The notes under the pieces: generated by a model
Told to the model about the DNA's origin: nothing
What the model saw: the letters and a program-made list of their open reading frames with translations, nothing else
Database searches by the model: none
Shown here: positions 9,490 through 18,241 of the stretch, piece by piece
How positions within the stretch are numbered: position 1 is the first letter of the stretch
Layout: each line of letters opens with the position of its first letter
Source: a virus
Direction: 5' to 3' (one strand)
Virus record (IMG/VR): IMGVR_UViG_3300032323_003671
Location: 1-64,000 of that record
DNA: 64,000 nt
Made by a program: the position numbers and the translations under genes

Positions 9490-10008
9490 ATGGAATCAAA
9501 AAACAAGAAAATAGAAGAGATTATTTCTATTGTTTGCAATCATCAAAATATTGATCCCAAACTTATAGAAGAGACAAGTAGAAGACCACCAATACCATTT
9601 TTGAAAAAAGTAGTTGCATACATGTTACATAGACATCTTTCATTAAAAACCGAAGCCATTGCCGAGTTGTTGAAATTCAAAACTCATTCAAATGTGGTAA
9701 CTCACTTGAAACGATTAGACGAGCAAATGAGCTACGATAAAAAGTTGAAAAATGAAATCGGTGAATTGAACACAATAATTATTGAAAAGGGAATTTCAAA
9801 GTATTCAAACAAAAATAATAAGTGGTATTTATTTCTGGATTTGAATGATTTTTTCATAGCCACAAAAGGAGAAAAATCAATCTTATTTCACAACCATACT
9901 CTGAATGAAATTGAATTCATATTAGGCGATGGATGGCAAATTACTGAACATACTAAAACCAATAAATTCTTATTCCAGAATTACAAAAGTTTAAACAACA
10001 AAAATTAG
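9490..10008 (+). CDS. DnaA domain IV (C-terminal HTH)-like protein
   Basis: IISIVCNHQNI...SRR...VAYML...IAELL..KTHSNVVTHLKRL matches the DnaA_C pattern. Confidence 0.65.
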   Translation: MESKNKKIEEIISIVCNHQNIDPKLIEETSRRPPIPFLKKVVAYMLHRHLSLKTEAIAELLKFKTHSNVVTHLKRLDEQMSYDKKLKNEIGELNTIIIEKGISKYSNKNNKWYLFLDLNDFFIATKGEKSILFHNHTLNEIEFILGDGWQITEHTKTNKFLFQNYKSLNNKN

Positions 10009-10030
10009 TAACCAATCAAAACAAATAAGT

Positions 10031-10276
10031 ATGACCGAAGAACAATTAGAAGAGTTTAAAAATTCTGGAATACTTCCCATGGAAGTTTATGATGATACAG
10101 ATAAAACTGAACCAACTACAGAGATAACTATTTGCGATAGCATTTCAGGTGGCGTACAAGAAATAGATAACATGCCTAGAACAATTAGTTTAGTTCGATT
10201 AAAACTAATTAATGGCAAGTGGAAGGAGTTTCGTGCTGAATATATAATGAGAATGACAGACATACCAGGTTTATAA
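10031..10276 (+). CDS. hypothetical protein
   Basis: 81-aa ORF after a GTAACCAAT leader. Confidence 0.65.
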   Translation: MTEEQLEEFKNSGILPMEVYDDTDKTEPTTEITICDSISGGVQEIDNMPRTISLVRLKLINGKWKEFRAEYIMRMTDIPGL

Positions 10277-10296
10277 ATACCCTTAAATAAATTAGA

Positions 10297-10689
10297 ATGG
10301 AAATTATTTTTACAAGACATATCGTATCTGCTGAATTAGTGAGTTCAAAACCAGCAAGAGGTTATTATGTATTTGATACTCGAAAAGTTCGTATTGGCTC
10401 TAAATTTTTTGGATTGATTCCTATTTATGCAAAAATGTCTGGAATATTCGATGAAGAACCATTTTCTTCTGGAGAATATTATGGATCAATAGATGAATTT
10501 AATTCTGCACATCCACATTTTTATTTTGATCAATTAAAAAATCGTCTTTATCATAAAGACCATGTAAAGATTGTTCTGAGAAATGGAACTACTACAGATA
10601 TATATTCAAGATATCCAAAAGTTTTAGAAAATCTTTTCGAAAAAATCAAAACGGAAAAGTTCATTGAACTAAAACGAAAAATTTTTTAA
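10297..10689 (+). CDS. hypothetical protein
   Basis: 130-aa ORF. Confidence 0.7.
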   Translation: MEIIFTRHIVSAELVSSKPARGYYVFDTRKVRIGSKFFGLIPIYAKMSGIFDEEPFSSGEYYGSIDEFNSAHPHFYFDQLKNRLYHKDHVKIVLRNGTTTDIYSRYPKVLENLFEKIKTEKFIELKRKIF

Positions 10690-10764
10690 TCAAAATAAAT
10701 AAGCATGTATGAACTGCACTTATTTCTTAAAAGACAAAAAAAGTAACCAATAAAATAGAATAGA

Positions 10765-11370
10765 ATGGAAAGAGAAAAAACAATAACTCATTATGAGGAA
10801 AATCCTATTACAATTTCAATTAAAAATCCAACAAACGAACAAAAAAAATGGGTTTTATTTGGGACAAATGTATTTTTACATGAAGATAATTTTGGTTCGG
10901 ATGAAGGATTAAAAATTGAGAATAATGGTAATTATTCATATCAATCAATTTTACAAGATTTATCAAGCAAAAAAATACCAATAAGTATGTTGAGAATAAT
11001 GACTGACGTTAAAGTCAATTTTAATCAATGTATTTATTTTGAAAAAATAACTAATAGTACAAAACAGTTTTCTTCTGATAAAATATCTGAACATCTTGAT
11101 CGATATCAATTTCAATCAAATATAATTCAAATGCCATGCAGCCTATTTTTAGATAAAGAACATACAATATCTGGAAAAATAGAACCTAATTCACAAATGA
11201 TTTTCTCATTTTATTCTCCAAAATTAGAATCTGAAGAAAAAACTAAATCCAGAAAAATTATCAAGAAAGAATATTTTTTACTTCGAATGGCAAGAAATAT
11301 TTATTCAAAAACGAAAACATTTAAAACAAAATTATTGACTTTAATAAAAATAAATAAGCATGGAAAATGA
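10765..11370 (+). CDS. early-region paralog of the candidate major capsid protein
   Basis: NPITISIKNPT...VLFGTN...FG...SYQSIL...DRYQFQSNII aligns with 37422 NPYVIQYVNST...VLFGYN...FG...SYAALI...DAYQFQSDIL. Confidence 0.7.
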   Translation: MEREKTITHYEENPITISIKNPTNEQKKWVLFGTNVFLHEDNFGSDEGLKIENNGNYSYQSILQDLSSKKIPISMLRIMTDVKVNFNQCIYFEKITNSTKQFSSDKISEHLDRYQFQSNIIQMPCSLFLDKEHTISGKIEPNSQMIFSFYSPKLESEEKTKSRKIIKKEYFLLRMARNIYSKTKTFKTKLLTLIKINKHGK

Positions 11371-11638
11371 AACAACTAAACCATTGACACTTGGAGAACA
11401 GAGATGTCACATTGACTTCAATCCTTCAGCAGATGATAAGATTGGAAAATTCAAAAGAATGATGGCTGATGCTATTGACTTTCTTAATCAGGAAGATAAA
11501 GACACAGAATTAAGAGGAGATGAATATATGGAGCAAGCAAGATGTTTTAAAATCGCAATGGAACATTTAGAAACAGCTCAAATGTATGGCGTTAAAGCAA
11601 TTTCCAAATCACTTAAAGTAACCAATAAAAATAAATAA
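11360..11638 (+). CDS. Acb2/Tad1-like helical hairpin protein (candidate cyclic-nucleotide sponge)
   Basis: TLGEQR..FNPS...ARCFKIAMEHLETAQMYGVKAI resembles the Acb2/Tad1 C-terminal hairpin. Confidence 0.5.
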   Translation: MENETTKPLTLGEQRCHIDFNPSADDKIGKFKRMMADAIDFLNQEDKDTELRGDEYMEQARCFKIAMEHLETAQMYGVKAISKSLKVTNKNK

Positions 11639-11640
11639 AT

Positions 11641-12261
11641 ATGCAAATCACAGAAAACTGGGGTAAAGACGAAAACGGTGAACAATTGTACATTGAGTTC
11701 GGTAAAAATGGCCAAGGAATCACAGAAGAATTGGTCGCCATTGGAAAAAGAATTGAAGAATTGAGTAAACAATACAATGTTTACCTTCATCACGAAAGTT
11801 TCATAGACACTGCGGATGATGTGTACACTTTGAAATTTCAGCTAGTTAAAAAAGAAAATACCTTAACTAATGAAAGTCGTATTCCATTGCAATCCTTAAA
11901 AGTTTCAGAAAGCACATGTAATTGGAGTCCAGATCAAAAAATGGATACATGCAATTGGATTCCACCTACAAAATCAGATACATGCACATACCCTTTTCAA
12001 AATGAAACACCCGAACCAAAATTTGTCGAGTTTGAAACCCCAGAAACAAGAAGTTTATCCTTGGATTTAGTTTCTCCAATTCGTGTTGTGGATCTTGATA
12101 AAGGAAGTTTTAAAATTGTGGATTCCGAGGATTCAGAATACTTCTTTTACCAAACTAAAACAGGAAAACTTGCCTATGATGGTTGTTGTGTTGCTGTTGA
12201 GAACAAACAAAAGGTATTTGATCATTTGGAGACTCCTAAACCAGAACAAGAAGCAAAATAA
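11641..12261 (+). CDS. hypothetical protein with short TCNW-type repeats
   Basis: STCNWSP/DTCNWIP/DTCTYP. Confidence 0.7.
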   Translation: MQITENWGKDENGEQLYIEFGKNGQGITEELVAIGKRIEELSKQYNVYLHHESFIDTADDVYTLKFQLVKKENTLTNESRIPLQSLKVSESTCNWSPDQKMDTCNWIPPTKSDTCTYPFQNETPEPKFVEFETPETRSLSLDLVSPIRVVDLDKGSFKIVDSEDSEYFFYQTKTGKLAYDGCCVAVENKQKVFDHLETPKPEQEAK

Positions 12262-12273
12262 AAATAAAGAAGT

Positions 12274-12441
12274 ATGAACGCTTACTATCACTATAAATAT
12301 AGTAATGGATTACAATTTGTATCAACTGCAAACGAAACAATAATAAGATTAAAAACAGATTTCGGTTGCGAAATACCAAAGTGTATAGGCGTTTGGAGAT
12401 TTAAGAAAGTAAACAAAAAAGTAACCAATAAAAACAAATAA
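12274..12441 (+). CDS. small hypothetical protein (55 aa)
   Basis: Read by hand; ends KVTNKNK like 11360-11638 because both run through the GTAACCAAT repeat. Confidence 0.5.
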   Translation: MNAYYHYKYSNGLQFVSTANETIIRLKTDFGCEIPKCIGVWRFKKVNKKVTNKNK

Positions 12442-12443
12442 AT

Positions 12444-12821
12444 ATGAAAGAAAAATCACTTCACAACACAACTGCAAATGGCGCAAAAGAGAACGTTAAA
12501 GACATTCAATTTTGGGGCGATGAGGATACATTCCTTTTAATTTCAAAAGCATCTTCTGAATCGGAAGGTTGGATGAAATCAACCAAAGCAATGCCTGCAG
12601 GAAATTCAGTTGTAGTTCAAGTAACGACACAACAAAGAAATCCAAACCTAACTAATTCAATTGCCGAAGCATTGACTACTGTTGATAATGCCATTATTTG
12701 GGAATTGATAGGCCAAGATGGTAAAGCAGAATATCGCTGTATTGTTCAAAGAACAGACAAACATAAAGGAATGCGAACATACAAAACAAGTAACGGGCAA
12801 ATCATTAATTCAGAACAATAA
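12444..12821 (+). CDS. phage hypothetical protein
   Basis: KASSESEGWMKSTKAM...VVQVTTQQRNP. Confidence 0.7.
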   Translation: MKEKSLHNTTANGAKENVKDIQFWGDEDTFLLISKASSESEGWMKSTKAMPAGNSVVVQVTTQQRNPNLTNSIAEALTTVDNAIIWELIGQDGKAEYRCIVQRTDKHKGMRTYKTSNGQIINSEQ

Positions 12822-12861
12822 GCGAAATAAAATCAAATCTTTTTAAAAGATTGATTGGTTT

Positions 12862-12933
12862 ATTCACGTGGCGGAATTGGTAAGACGCAAGTTATTTATA
12901 CGAAAGTTATAGGTTCGAATACTATCCTGAATA
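12862..12933 (+). pseudogene. tRNA-like element with degenerate anticodon arm
   Basis: Acceptor ATTCACG/CCTGAAT+A (one mismatch), D-arm TGGCGGAATTGGTAAGACGC, T-arm ATAGGTTCGAATACTAT; no pairable anticodon stem. Confidence 0.6.
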
Positions 12934-12947
12934 CAAAGCAAACAAAC

Positions 12948-13607
12948 ATGCAAATCACAGATAAAATATCAATTACTAATGAGGATAATATGGCATTGAT
13001 GTCTCGTTATCCAGATAAGTATTTTGATTTGGCGATTGTAGATCCTCCCTATGGCATTGGTGAAGATGGTGCTAAAAACCATTCTCGAAACAAAGCAGCA
13101 AGAGCCACTAAATACACATCAAAAAGTTGGGATTGTTCTCCACCTTCTATTGAATATTTTAATGAATTATGTAGAGTTTCTAAAAATCAAATTATATGGG
13201 GCGCAAATCATTTCATTAGTCGTATTCCTTTAGATAGCAGTTGTTGGCTTGTTTGGAATAAATTAAATTCTGGAGATTTTGCAGATTGTGAATTAGCATA
13301 TACTTCATTTAATTCATCTGTTAGAAAGTTTGACTTTAGATGGAATGGAATGATTCAAGGTGATATGAAAAACAAAGAAATCAGAATTCATCCAACTCAA
13401 AAACCTGTTGCACTTTACAAATGGATTCTTGACAAGTATGCCAAACCAGGTGATAAAATACTTGATACCCATTTAGGAAGTGGATCAATAGCGATAGCAT
13501 GTCATGACTACGATTTTGAATTGACTGCATGCGAGCTTGATTCCGAATATTACCAAAAAGCAATAGAAAGAATAAAAAAACATACTAATCAACAAAAACT
13601 ATTTTAA
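12948..13607 (+). CDS. DNA adenine/N4-cytosine methyltransferase (beta class)
   Basis: DPPY, HPTQKP, ILDTHLGSGS; likely start ATG 12948. Confidence 0.93.
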   Translation: MQITDKISITNEDNMALMSRYPDKYFDLAIVDPPYGIGEDGAKNHSRNKAARATKYTSKSWDCSPPSIEYFNELCRVSKNQIIWGANHFISRIPLDSSCWLVWNKLNSGDFADCELAYTSFNSSVRKFDFRWNGMIQGDMKNKEIRIHPTQKPVALYKWILDKYAKPGDKILDTHLGSGSIAIACHDYDFELTACELDSEYYQKAIERIKKHTNQQKLF

Positions 13608-13916
13608 ATGTCGAAACAAAAAATTTACATTGCTGGCCCAATTACTGGATATGATTTATCAGAGCGTGATGCAACTTTTAAGAAATATCAATTATTTCTA
13701 GAAGACAATGGTTTTGAGGTTGTAAATCCTATGACCTTACCACATGATCATGATAAAAGTTGGGAAAGTTATATGCGTGAATGCATTACTGAATTAGTGA
13801 AATGCGACAAAATATTTTTAATTCCAGATTGGCATAAATCAAGAGGTGCAAAATTAGAGTTCGAAATTGCTGATAGTTTGAATATGGGAATGATTACTTA
13901 CAGTGGAAATTTATGA
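13608..13916 (+). CDS. DUF4406 / nucleoside 2-deoxyribosyltransferase-like protein
   Basis: KIYIAGPITG...VVNP...W.SYMR...CD.I...W.KSRGAKLE. Confidence 0.85.
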   Translation: MSKQKIYIAGPITGYDLSERDATFKKYQLFLEDNGFEVVNPMTLPHDHDKSWESYMRECITELVKCDKIFLIPDWHKSRGAKLEFEIADSLNMGMITYSGNL

Positions 13917-14059
13917 TTAATATTAAATTCAAGAAGTGTCTCCCATTTACTCACAAATGGATATTATTCAATTACGATGGATACAGTAAAATCTTTTGGT
14001 GTAAAAAATGCGATAAAGTCAAATCAATAAAAATTAGTAACCAATAAAAATAAATAAAC

Positions 14060-14572
14060 ATGATTAATTATTTTCAAGTAAAAGTAAGAGTAACAAGAAC
14101 TATTAAAGGTAAACCAAAAAGAGTTTTTGAAAATTACCTAGTATGGGCGCAATCATTTACAGAGGCCGAAGCGAATATCATGCAATCTCTGTTAAATCCA
14201 GAAAGAGAAAATTTCGAGCAAAACAAAACAATGACTATCAATGCCATTGATCGATTCCAGATTGATGATATTTTTGGTTCAGATTTTTCTGAGAAGTATT
14301 GGTTAGTAAAAGTTGACTACAATGTTCTAGATGGTAAACCAGTAAGATTAAAATATCTTATCAATTCAGCATCACCTGAAAAAGCATCAAGTGAATTGCT
14401 TGAAATTATTGCAAAGAATGAATCATCATCAAGATTTGAAGTTACCTCAATTTCTGCTTCTTCAATTTTAGAAGTTTTCACTTATGAAACTTCAAATTCA
14501 ACTACAAATGAAAGCGCAGAAGAATCAGAAGAAGTTGAAGAATCAGAAGAAATGAATGTTAACGAAGACTAA
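14060..14572 (+). CDS. DUF4494 family protein
   Basis: YFQVKVR...ENYLVWAQSFTEAEANI; Bacteroidota family. Confidence 0.75.
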   Translation: MINYFQVKVRVTRTIKGKPKRVFENYLVWAQSFTEAEANIMQSLLNPERENFEQNKTMTINAIDRFQIDDIFGSDFSEKYWLVKVDYNVLDGKPVRLKYLINSASPEKASSELLEIIAKNESSSRFEVTSISASSILEVFTYETSNSTTNESAEESEEVEESEEMNVNED

Positions 14573-14574
14573 CC

Positions 14575-14778
14575 ATGACTTACATTAAAGGAAATCGAAT
14601 TAATTCTTGTCTCTATGAAAGAAATATGACAAGATCTGAATTGATTGATAAAACTGGTATTGATGCATCCATGATGTCAAAAATTATTAATGGTTCAAAA
14701 AAGGATCTTAGATTGACAACAGCTCATCGTATTGCCAAAGCACTAGATTATCCATTAGAAGTAGTTTTTATTTTGTGA
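14575..14778 (+). CDS. XRE-family HTH regulator
   Basis: MTRSELIDKTGIDASMMSKIING...TAHRIAKAL. Confidence 0.9.
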   Translation: MTYIKGNRINSCLYERNMTRSELIDKTGIDASMMSKIINGSKKDLRLTTAHRIAKALDYPLEVVFIL

Positions 14779-14780
14779 TT

Positions 14781-14933
14781 ATGTTCAAAGTAGGAGATAA
14801 GGTTAATATAAAAAACCTAACACAGACAGGAGTTATTGTAGAAATCAGAAAAGACAAATTCAAGATTGAACTTGATGGTGGTTTCGGATTTTGGGTAGTT
14901 CAAAAAAACCAAATTTCATTGGTTGAAAAATGA
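14781..14933 (+). CDS. small KOW/SH3-like protein (50 aa)
   Basis: MFKVGDKVNIK...TGVIVEI; read by hand, ATGA-coupled. Confidence 0.6.
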   Translation: MFKVGDKVNIKNLTQTGVIVEIRKDKFKIELDGGFGFWVVQKNQISLVEK

Positions 14934-16042
14934 AATCAATCAAAGTAGGATCAGATTTTTCTGGTGTAGGTGCATTTAACCAAGCACTTATGCGTTTAGG
15001 TATCGATTTTAAAGAAGTTTTCGCATGCGACATGGACAAGTATGCTAGACAAACTTTTATTGCAAACTATGGAGAGCCTGAGTACTATCCACTGAATGTT
15101 TATGATCGAGAAATACCAAAAGAATCTTTGGATATCTATATGACTAGTCCTCCCTGCCAAGCATTTAGCCTGGCAGGGAAAAGACTAGGTAAAGACGATA
15201 AAAGGGGAATTCTCTTTTTCAATAGTCTTGAATTCATTCAGAAAAATAAACCAAGGTATTTCATTTTTGAAAATGTAAAGGGATTACTTTCTGATGATGG
15301 TGGCAAGACTTTTCAGGAATGGGTGAATCTTTTAGGCGGCAAATCAGTCAATGGCCTACCAGTTTTATTTCCATACGAAGAATCAGTGCCTTATCATCTA
15401 TATTGGAAAGTTCTCAATGCAAAGCACCATGGAGTTCCGCAAAATCGTGAGCGAGTGTTCTTGGTTGGCATTCGAGATGATTCCGACAACAAATTTCAAT
15501 TTCCAAGAGAGGAGCATTTATCCAAACGATTAAAAGATGTGCTTGAGCAAGAAATCGATCCAAAGTATTTTCTGAGTGAGAAATTATTATCCTATTTTGC
15601 AGACCATAAAGAAATGCATAAAGAACGTGGTAATGGATTTAAATTTGAACCTCATACAGACACCACAAAGGTATCAAATGCCATCAGTACAAAATGTGGA
15701 AGTAGACAAACAGATCCATTTATTAAAATAAAATCAGCTACGACCAAAGGTTACGAAGAGGCGCAAGAAGGTGATTCAATAAATTTCAGCGTTCCGAATA
15801 GTGAAACTAGAAGAGGCCGAGTTGGAAAAGGAGTAGCTCAAACTTTGGATACTGCTTGTAATCAAGGAACTTTAAAATCAGGAGAAATTCGAAGGCTTAC
15901 ACCTAGAGAATGTTTCCGATTAATGGACTTCCCAGATACATTTACTTGGCCTGTGTCCGACTCTCAAGCATACAAGCAAGCTGGCAATTCAATTGTGGTT
16001 GGAGTATTGTACAAAATAATTGCAAAATTCAAACTTAATTAA
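14930..16042 (+). CDS. DNA cytosine-C5 methyltransferase
   Basis: FSGVG, SPPCQAFS, FENVKGL, QNRERVF, RRLTPREC, YKQAGNSI. Confidence 0.96.
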   Translation: MKSIKVGSDFSGVGAFNQALMRLGIDFKEVFACDMDKYARQTFIANYGEPEYYPLNVYDREIPKESLDIYMTSPPCQAFSLAGKRLGKDDKRGILFFNSLEFIQKNKPRYFIFENVKGLLSDDGGKTFQEWVNLLGGKSVNGLPVLFPYEESVPYHLYWKVLNAKHHGVPQNRERVFLVGIRDDSDNKFQFPREEHLSKRLKDVLEQEIDPKYFLSEKLLSYFADHKEMHKERGNGFKFEPHTDTTKVSNAISTKCGSRQTDPFIKIKSATTKGYEEAQEGDSINFSVPNSETRRGRVGKGVAQTLDTACNQGTLKSGEIRRLTPRECFRLMDFPDTFTWPVSDSQAYKQAGNSIVVGVLYKIIAKFKLN

Positions 16043-16530
16043 TGAGTTCAAAGGCATCTATCGGTACACTATACATTAACAATGGTAGTGTATCGATTAT
16101 TGAAGAAAAGTGTTTTGTCTTGGATTCAAGTCGTAAATACTTTCTATTTGATGTTGTTCCCATGGGTGCAGTACGCATGTCTCAGAGTGATAAATGGAAA
16201 TTAAATCCTAACCACCACAATATTCTTCAAAGGCAAAGACCAGAGGTTACTAGGTATTTCAGATTTAAAAGAACTATCAAAGAACAATCGGTAAAAATGG
16301 GATATGTTCAAGATGCAACACTTGAAATTATATTTTTAGTTCCAATGCCAAGCAGTTGGTCCAAAAAGAAAAAGGAAAGACAAAATCGAATGCCTGTAAA
16401 AACAAGACCTGATATCGATAACTATGTAAAGGCATTTTTGGATGCATTATTAGTTGATGATGGATTTGTTTGGAAAATAATTGCAGAAAAGAGATATGCA
16501 TACAAGGGATCAATTATCGTTTACAAATAA
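16042..16530 (+). CDS. RusA-like Holliday junction resolvase
   Basis: MPSSWSKKK...RPDIDNYVKAFLDAL..DD..V.....KRY. Confidence 0.88.
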   Translation: MSSKASIGTLYINNGSVSIIEEKCFVLDSSRKYFLFDVVPMGAVRMSQSDKWKLNPNHHNILQRQRPEVTRYFRFKRTIKEQSVKMGYVQDATLEIIFLVPMPSSWSKKKKERQNRMPVKTRPDIDNYVKAFLDALLVDDGFVWKIIAEKRYAYKGSIIVYK

Positions 16531-16533
16531 GTC

Positions 16534-16722
16534 ATGAGTAAAAATATTTTATTTGGAACTATCAAAGTCCAAGAAGGAAAATCATCCAAAACTGTTGAAA
16601 AGGCTGTGTTCATAGAAGGATCAGAATACTATGTTTCGCATGCAGATAAAAAACAACCACCAAGAAAAATACTCCAGGTAATCGAAACTAAAATAATTGG
16701 CAAAACAAATCAAAATGCTTAA
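16534..16722 (+). CDS. hypothetical protein
   Basis: 62-aa ORF. Confidence 0.6.
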   Translation: MSKNILFGTIKVQEGKSSKTVEKAVFIEGSEYYVSHADKKQPPRKILQVIETKIIGKTNQNA

Positions 16723-16918
16723 AAGACATATACTTAAAGCGATATCTTATAGAATGTTAGGTACGCTTCAAACAATGACTATTGGATATTTCTTTACAGG
16801 AAGTTTTATCATTTCAGGATCTATAGGAATAACTGAATTGTGCGTAAAACCAATGATATACTTTCTTCACGAAAGATTTTGGTACAAGTACGTTAAGTTT
16901 GGATTGGATAAAAAATAA
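16715..16918 (+). CDS. DUF2061 small membrane protein
   Basis: KRHILKAISYR.LGT...K..IYFLHERFW. Confidence 0.85.
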   Translation: MLKRHILKAISYRMLGTLQTMTIGYFFTGSFIISGSIGITELCVKPMIYFLHERFWYKYVKFGLDKK

Positions 16919-16953
16919 AAAGGGAGACTACTATTATTCATCTCCCCAGTTTT
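16917..16953. terminator. probable bidirectional intrinsic terminator
   Basis: GGGAGA...TCTCCC stem with A-tract before and T-tract after, between convergent transcription units. Confidence 0.7.
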
Positions 16954-17190
16954 GTTCCTAAGCTACTGCTCGTAGTTTAGGAAACATTTCAATAACGTTT
17001 CCGTTTATTTTTTTTGTTGACCAAATTCACACCTCTTTCTAACTGTCAAAACCAACGACATCCCCAATGAACTTTGGTAGGTTTGCAAGATGCCTAACTA
17101 CCAGTTGACAAACACTTGTGGAGATGGAGGGATTCGAACCCTCGTCCAAATTAGCGACTAATGTCAATTCGATATTTCTATCAAGTCAAC
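16919..17190 (-). ncRNA. ssrA: circularly permuted (two-piece) tmRNA
   Basis: Acceptor piece ~17190-17119 ends GGACGAGGGTTCGAATCCCTCCATCTCCA; coding piece starts GGGGATG..GGTTTTGAC at 17065; acceptor stem has G3.U70; tag GNVIEMFPKLRAVA* at 17002-16958. Confidence 0.9.
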
Positions 17191-17193
17191 GTT

Positions 17194-17201
17194 CAAAGAT
17201 A
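17194..17201 (-). promoter_or_regulatory. TAnnTTTG promoter for the tmRNA
   Basis: TATCTTTG on the - strand, 3-4 nt before the acceptor piece. Confidence 0.7.
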
Positions 17202-17207
17202 AAATAA

Positions 17208-17771
17208 TTATTTTGATTCAGGTCTAGTGTAATACCAAAAAGCAAGAGCAAAAGCTGTTAAGCCTAATCCAATTGCAATATTACGATACTGAGTGGCAGT
17301 CAATCCTGATTTGTTGAAAGTATCGTTAGATGGGCTATATCGAAAATGCCAATCTTCTCCGATTGATTTTCCTTCATCCCACATCCAACCATATTTCTCA
17401 CCATTTTTCTTTACCCAATCTTGTGCAGATTTTGGATATAAGTCAATAGCTAATCCATAACCATGATTTGATTTACAACCTTTTGAAGTGGATGGATCAG
17501 CTGCAACTGCATTTTTGCCAGCTTTATATTTTTCCCACAGACACCATTGTGTAGCACCACCTTTGCAATTACGCTCAGTGTAGTCTCCTTTTCGACCACA
17601 TTTACGATAAGAAGATACCAAATTAAAAGTTACTCCAGAATCCTCTGCAGCAGCTTTCATTCTCAAATAAGAATCGGCAGCAGTTTTGAATAAAGCATGA
17701 TTACCTCCAACACTTTTTAATACAGAGCTAGATAGTTTACCATTCTCACCGATTCCTTCTTTGTATGCCAT
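17208..17771 (-). CDS. M15B (VanY-like) D,D-peptidase with C-terminal TM anchor
   Basis: SSYR...SNHGYGLAID...EDWHFRY; hydrophobic C-terminus. Confidence 0.88.
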   Translation of the reverse strand: MAYKEGIGENGKLSSSVLKSVGGNHALFKTAADSYLRMKAAAEDSGVTFNLVSSYRKCGRKGDYTERNCKGGATQWCLWEKYKAGKNAVAADPSTSKGCKSNHGYGLAIDLYPKSAQDWVKKNGEKYGWMWDEGKSIGEDWHFRYSPSNDTFNKSGLTATQYRNIAIGLGLTAFALAFWYYTRPESK

Positions 17772-18241
17772 TATTTTACAGTTGTAACGACAGTTTTATC
17801 AGGTTTCATAATCGTAAACTCTACTCTACGATTTTTATCTCTACCTTCTGAAGTTTCATTACTTGCAATTGGCATGGATTCTCCTTTTCCATCGGTAGCG
17901 ATTCTTGAAGCATCAACTCCTTTAGAAACTAAATAATTAGAAACTGCAATGGAACGTTTTTTAGAAAGTTCTAAATTGCTTGCATCACTACCAACGTTAT
18001 CGGTATGTCCAACAATTTTAATTTTCCAGGTTGGTTCTTTCACCAGTACATCTGCTAATTCATCTAAAAAAGGAAAAGATTCCGCTTTGATAATTGCTTT
18101 ACCATATTCGAAATTCAGATTATCAAACACATCTCTCAATGTTTGTTTGTCGGTCTTGCGATATTTAGTATAGTACCAAATACCTCCAATTAATAGAAGT
18201 ATTACTGCGCCAAGTGCGATTTTTTGATTTTTTTTCATCAT
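17771..18241 (-). CDS. OmpA-like peptidoglycan-binding protein with N-terminal TM
   Basis: GHTDNVG...NLELSKKRS..V..YL...G.GES.P...N.....R..NRRVEF. Confidence 0.93.
   Translation of the reverse strand: MMKKNQKIALGAVILLLIGGIWYYTKYRKTDKQTLRDVFDNLNFEYGKAIIKAESFPFLDELADVLVKEPTWKIKIVGHTDNVGSDASNLELSKKRSIAVSNYLVSKGVDASRIATDGKGESMPIASNETSEGRDKNRRVEFTIMKPDKTVVTTVK

Noticed and set aside
12855-12947. N-terminal extension with Walker-A-like GGIGKT on the methylase ORF
   Set aside because: It is the translated D-loop of the tRNA-like element; the likely start is ATG 12948
12948-16042. Restriction-modification system
   Set aside because: No cognate endonuclease recognised; orphan methylases are common in phages
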